Source: an uncultured Chloroflexia bacterium
Lineage (GTDB): Bacteria; Chloroflexota; Dehalococcoidia; DSTF01; JALHUB01
Length of the DNA: 64,000 bases
Reading direction: 5' to 3'
NCBI GenBank assembly: GCA_963703345.1
Contig: OY969814.1
Coordinates: 416,001-480,000, forward strand
Shown: in pieces, positions 63,684 to 64,000 of the stretch
How the letters are laid out: every line of letters starts with the position of its first letter
Position numbering within the stretch: the first letter of the stretch is position 1
The notes under the pieces: generated by a model
What the model saw: only the letters and a program-made list of their open reading frames with translations
Databases searched by the model: none
What the model was told of the DNA's origin: nothing
Position numbers and translations under genes: made by a program

Positions 63684-63708
63684 GTGGAGGAGGGCTTTAG
63701 CCCTCCAC
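63684..63708 (+). repeat. REP-like palindrome (GTRG family)
   Basis: GTGGAGGAGGGCTTTAGCCCTCCAC, 24/25 identical to the inverted copy at 52937-52961. Confidence 0.8.
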
Positions 63709-63839
63709 GTCGCCGCTTGTCCACGGCGCATTGCCTTGCCTGCGGAGGGGAGGAAAAGTCTGACGGCTGAACCTCGACCTTCGTCAGTTAGTTGAAAAGG
63801 TCGCCTGGCCGCCTTTAGAATGACCTCAAGGGCAAATAG

Positions 63840-64000
63840 ATGGGCGACGAAGATTACCAGCGGACGACTCTGAGCAATGGGCTGCGTGTCGTAACGGCAC
63901 CGATGCCCTTCACGCGCTCGGTCAGCGTCAGCATCTATCTCGGTGCCGGCTCGCGCTATGAAGACGCCGCTCACGCCGGCATCTCCCATATGGTAGAGCA
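63840..64000 (+). CDS. M16 (pitrilysin) family peptidase, 5' part; not in the ORF track
   Basis: Manual translation MGDEDYQRTTLSNGLRVV...GAGSRYE...GISHMVE(H) = HxxEH; TTGAAA-18-TAGAAT upstream. Confidence 0.88.
   Translation, partial: MGDEDYQRTTLSNGLRVVTAPMPFTRSVSVSIYLGAGSRYEDAAHAGISHMVE

Noticed and set aside
1-64000. tRNA, rRNA, prophage or integrase
   Set aside because: No cloverleaf, rRNA-like segment or phage hallmark gene was recognised by eye

Overview
High-GC bacterial chromosome window. Gene content and protein styles suggest Chloroflexota (Dehalococcoidia-like), but this is inference only. Housekeeping genes: copA fragment, murT-gatD, M23 lipoprotein-lgt, cysO-cysM-mec, folP-folK, gcvT-H-PA-PB, cimA, glyA, yaaT/ricT, holB, lysA, two tandem acyl-CoA synthetases, an OmpR/HAMP two-component pair and an M16 peptidase fragment. 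A 15-kb glycan cluster contains GT4/GT2 enzymes, a frameshifted wzx, a degenerate PglF/CapD and a WbpA/B/E/D/I-like diacetamido-uronate pathway. There are three GAF-GGDEF genes, one with 7 GAFs plus HD-GYP. Best leads: (1) a fully delimited 3020-bp IS1595 element (inverted repeats plus 8-bp target duplication) carrying a 4-gene antisense operon (TIGR04255-like, MNT-like, HEPN, small protein), a candidate toxin-antitoxin/defence system; (2) a single ORF built as two complete secreted, anchored proteins in tandem, part of a GxGP-type C-terminal sorting family; (3) three families of small palindromic repeats, including a 20-bp element found in-frame in a gene, supplying a stop codon, and nested inside another repeat; (4) a sigma-28-like motif upstream of the c-di-GMP genes. 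All alignments and motif calls were made by eye; no database searches were run.
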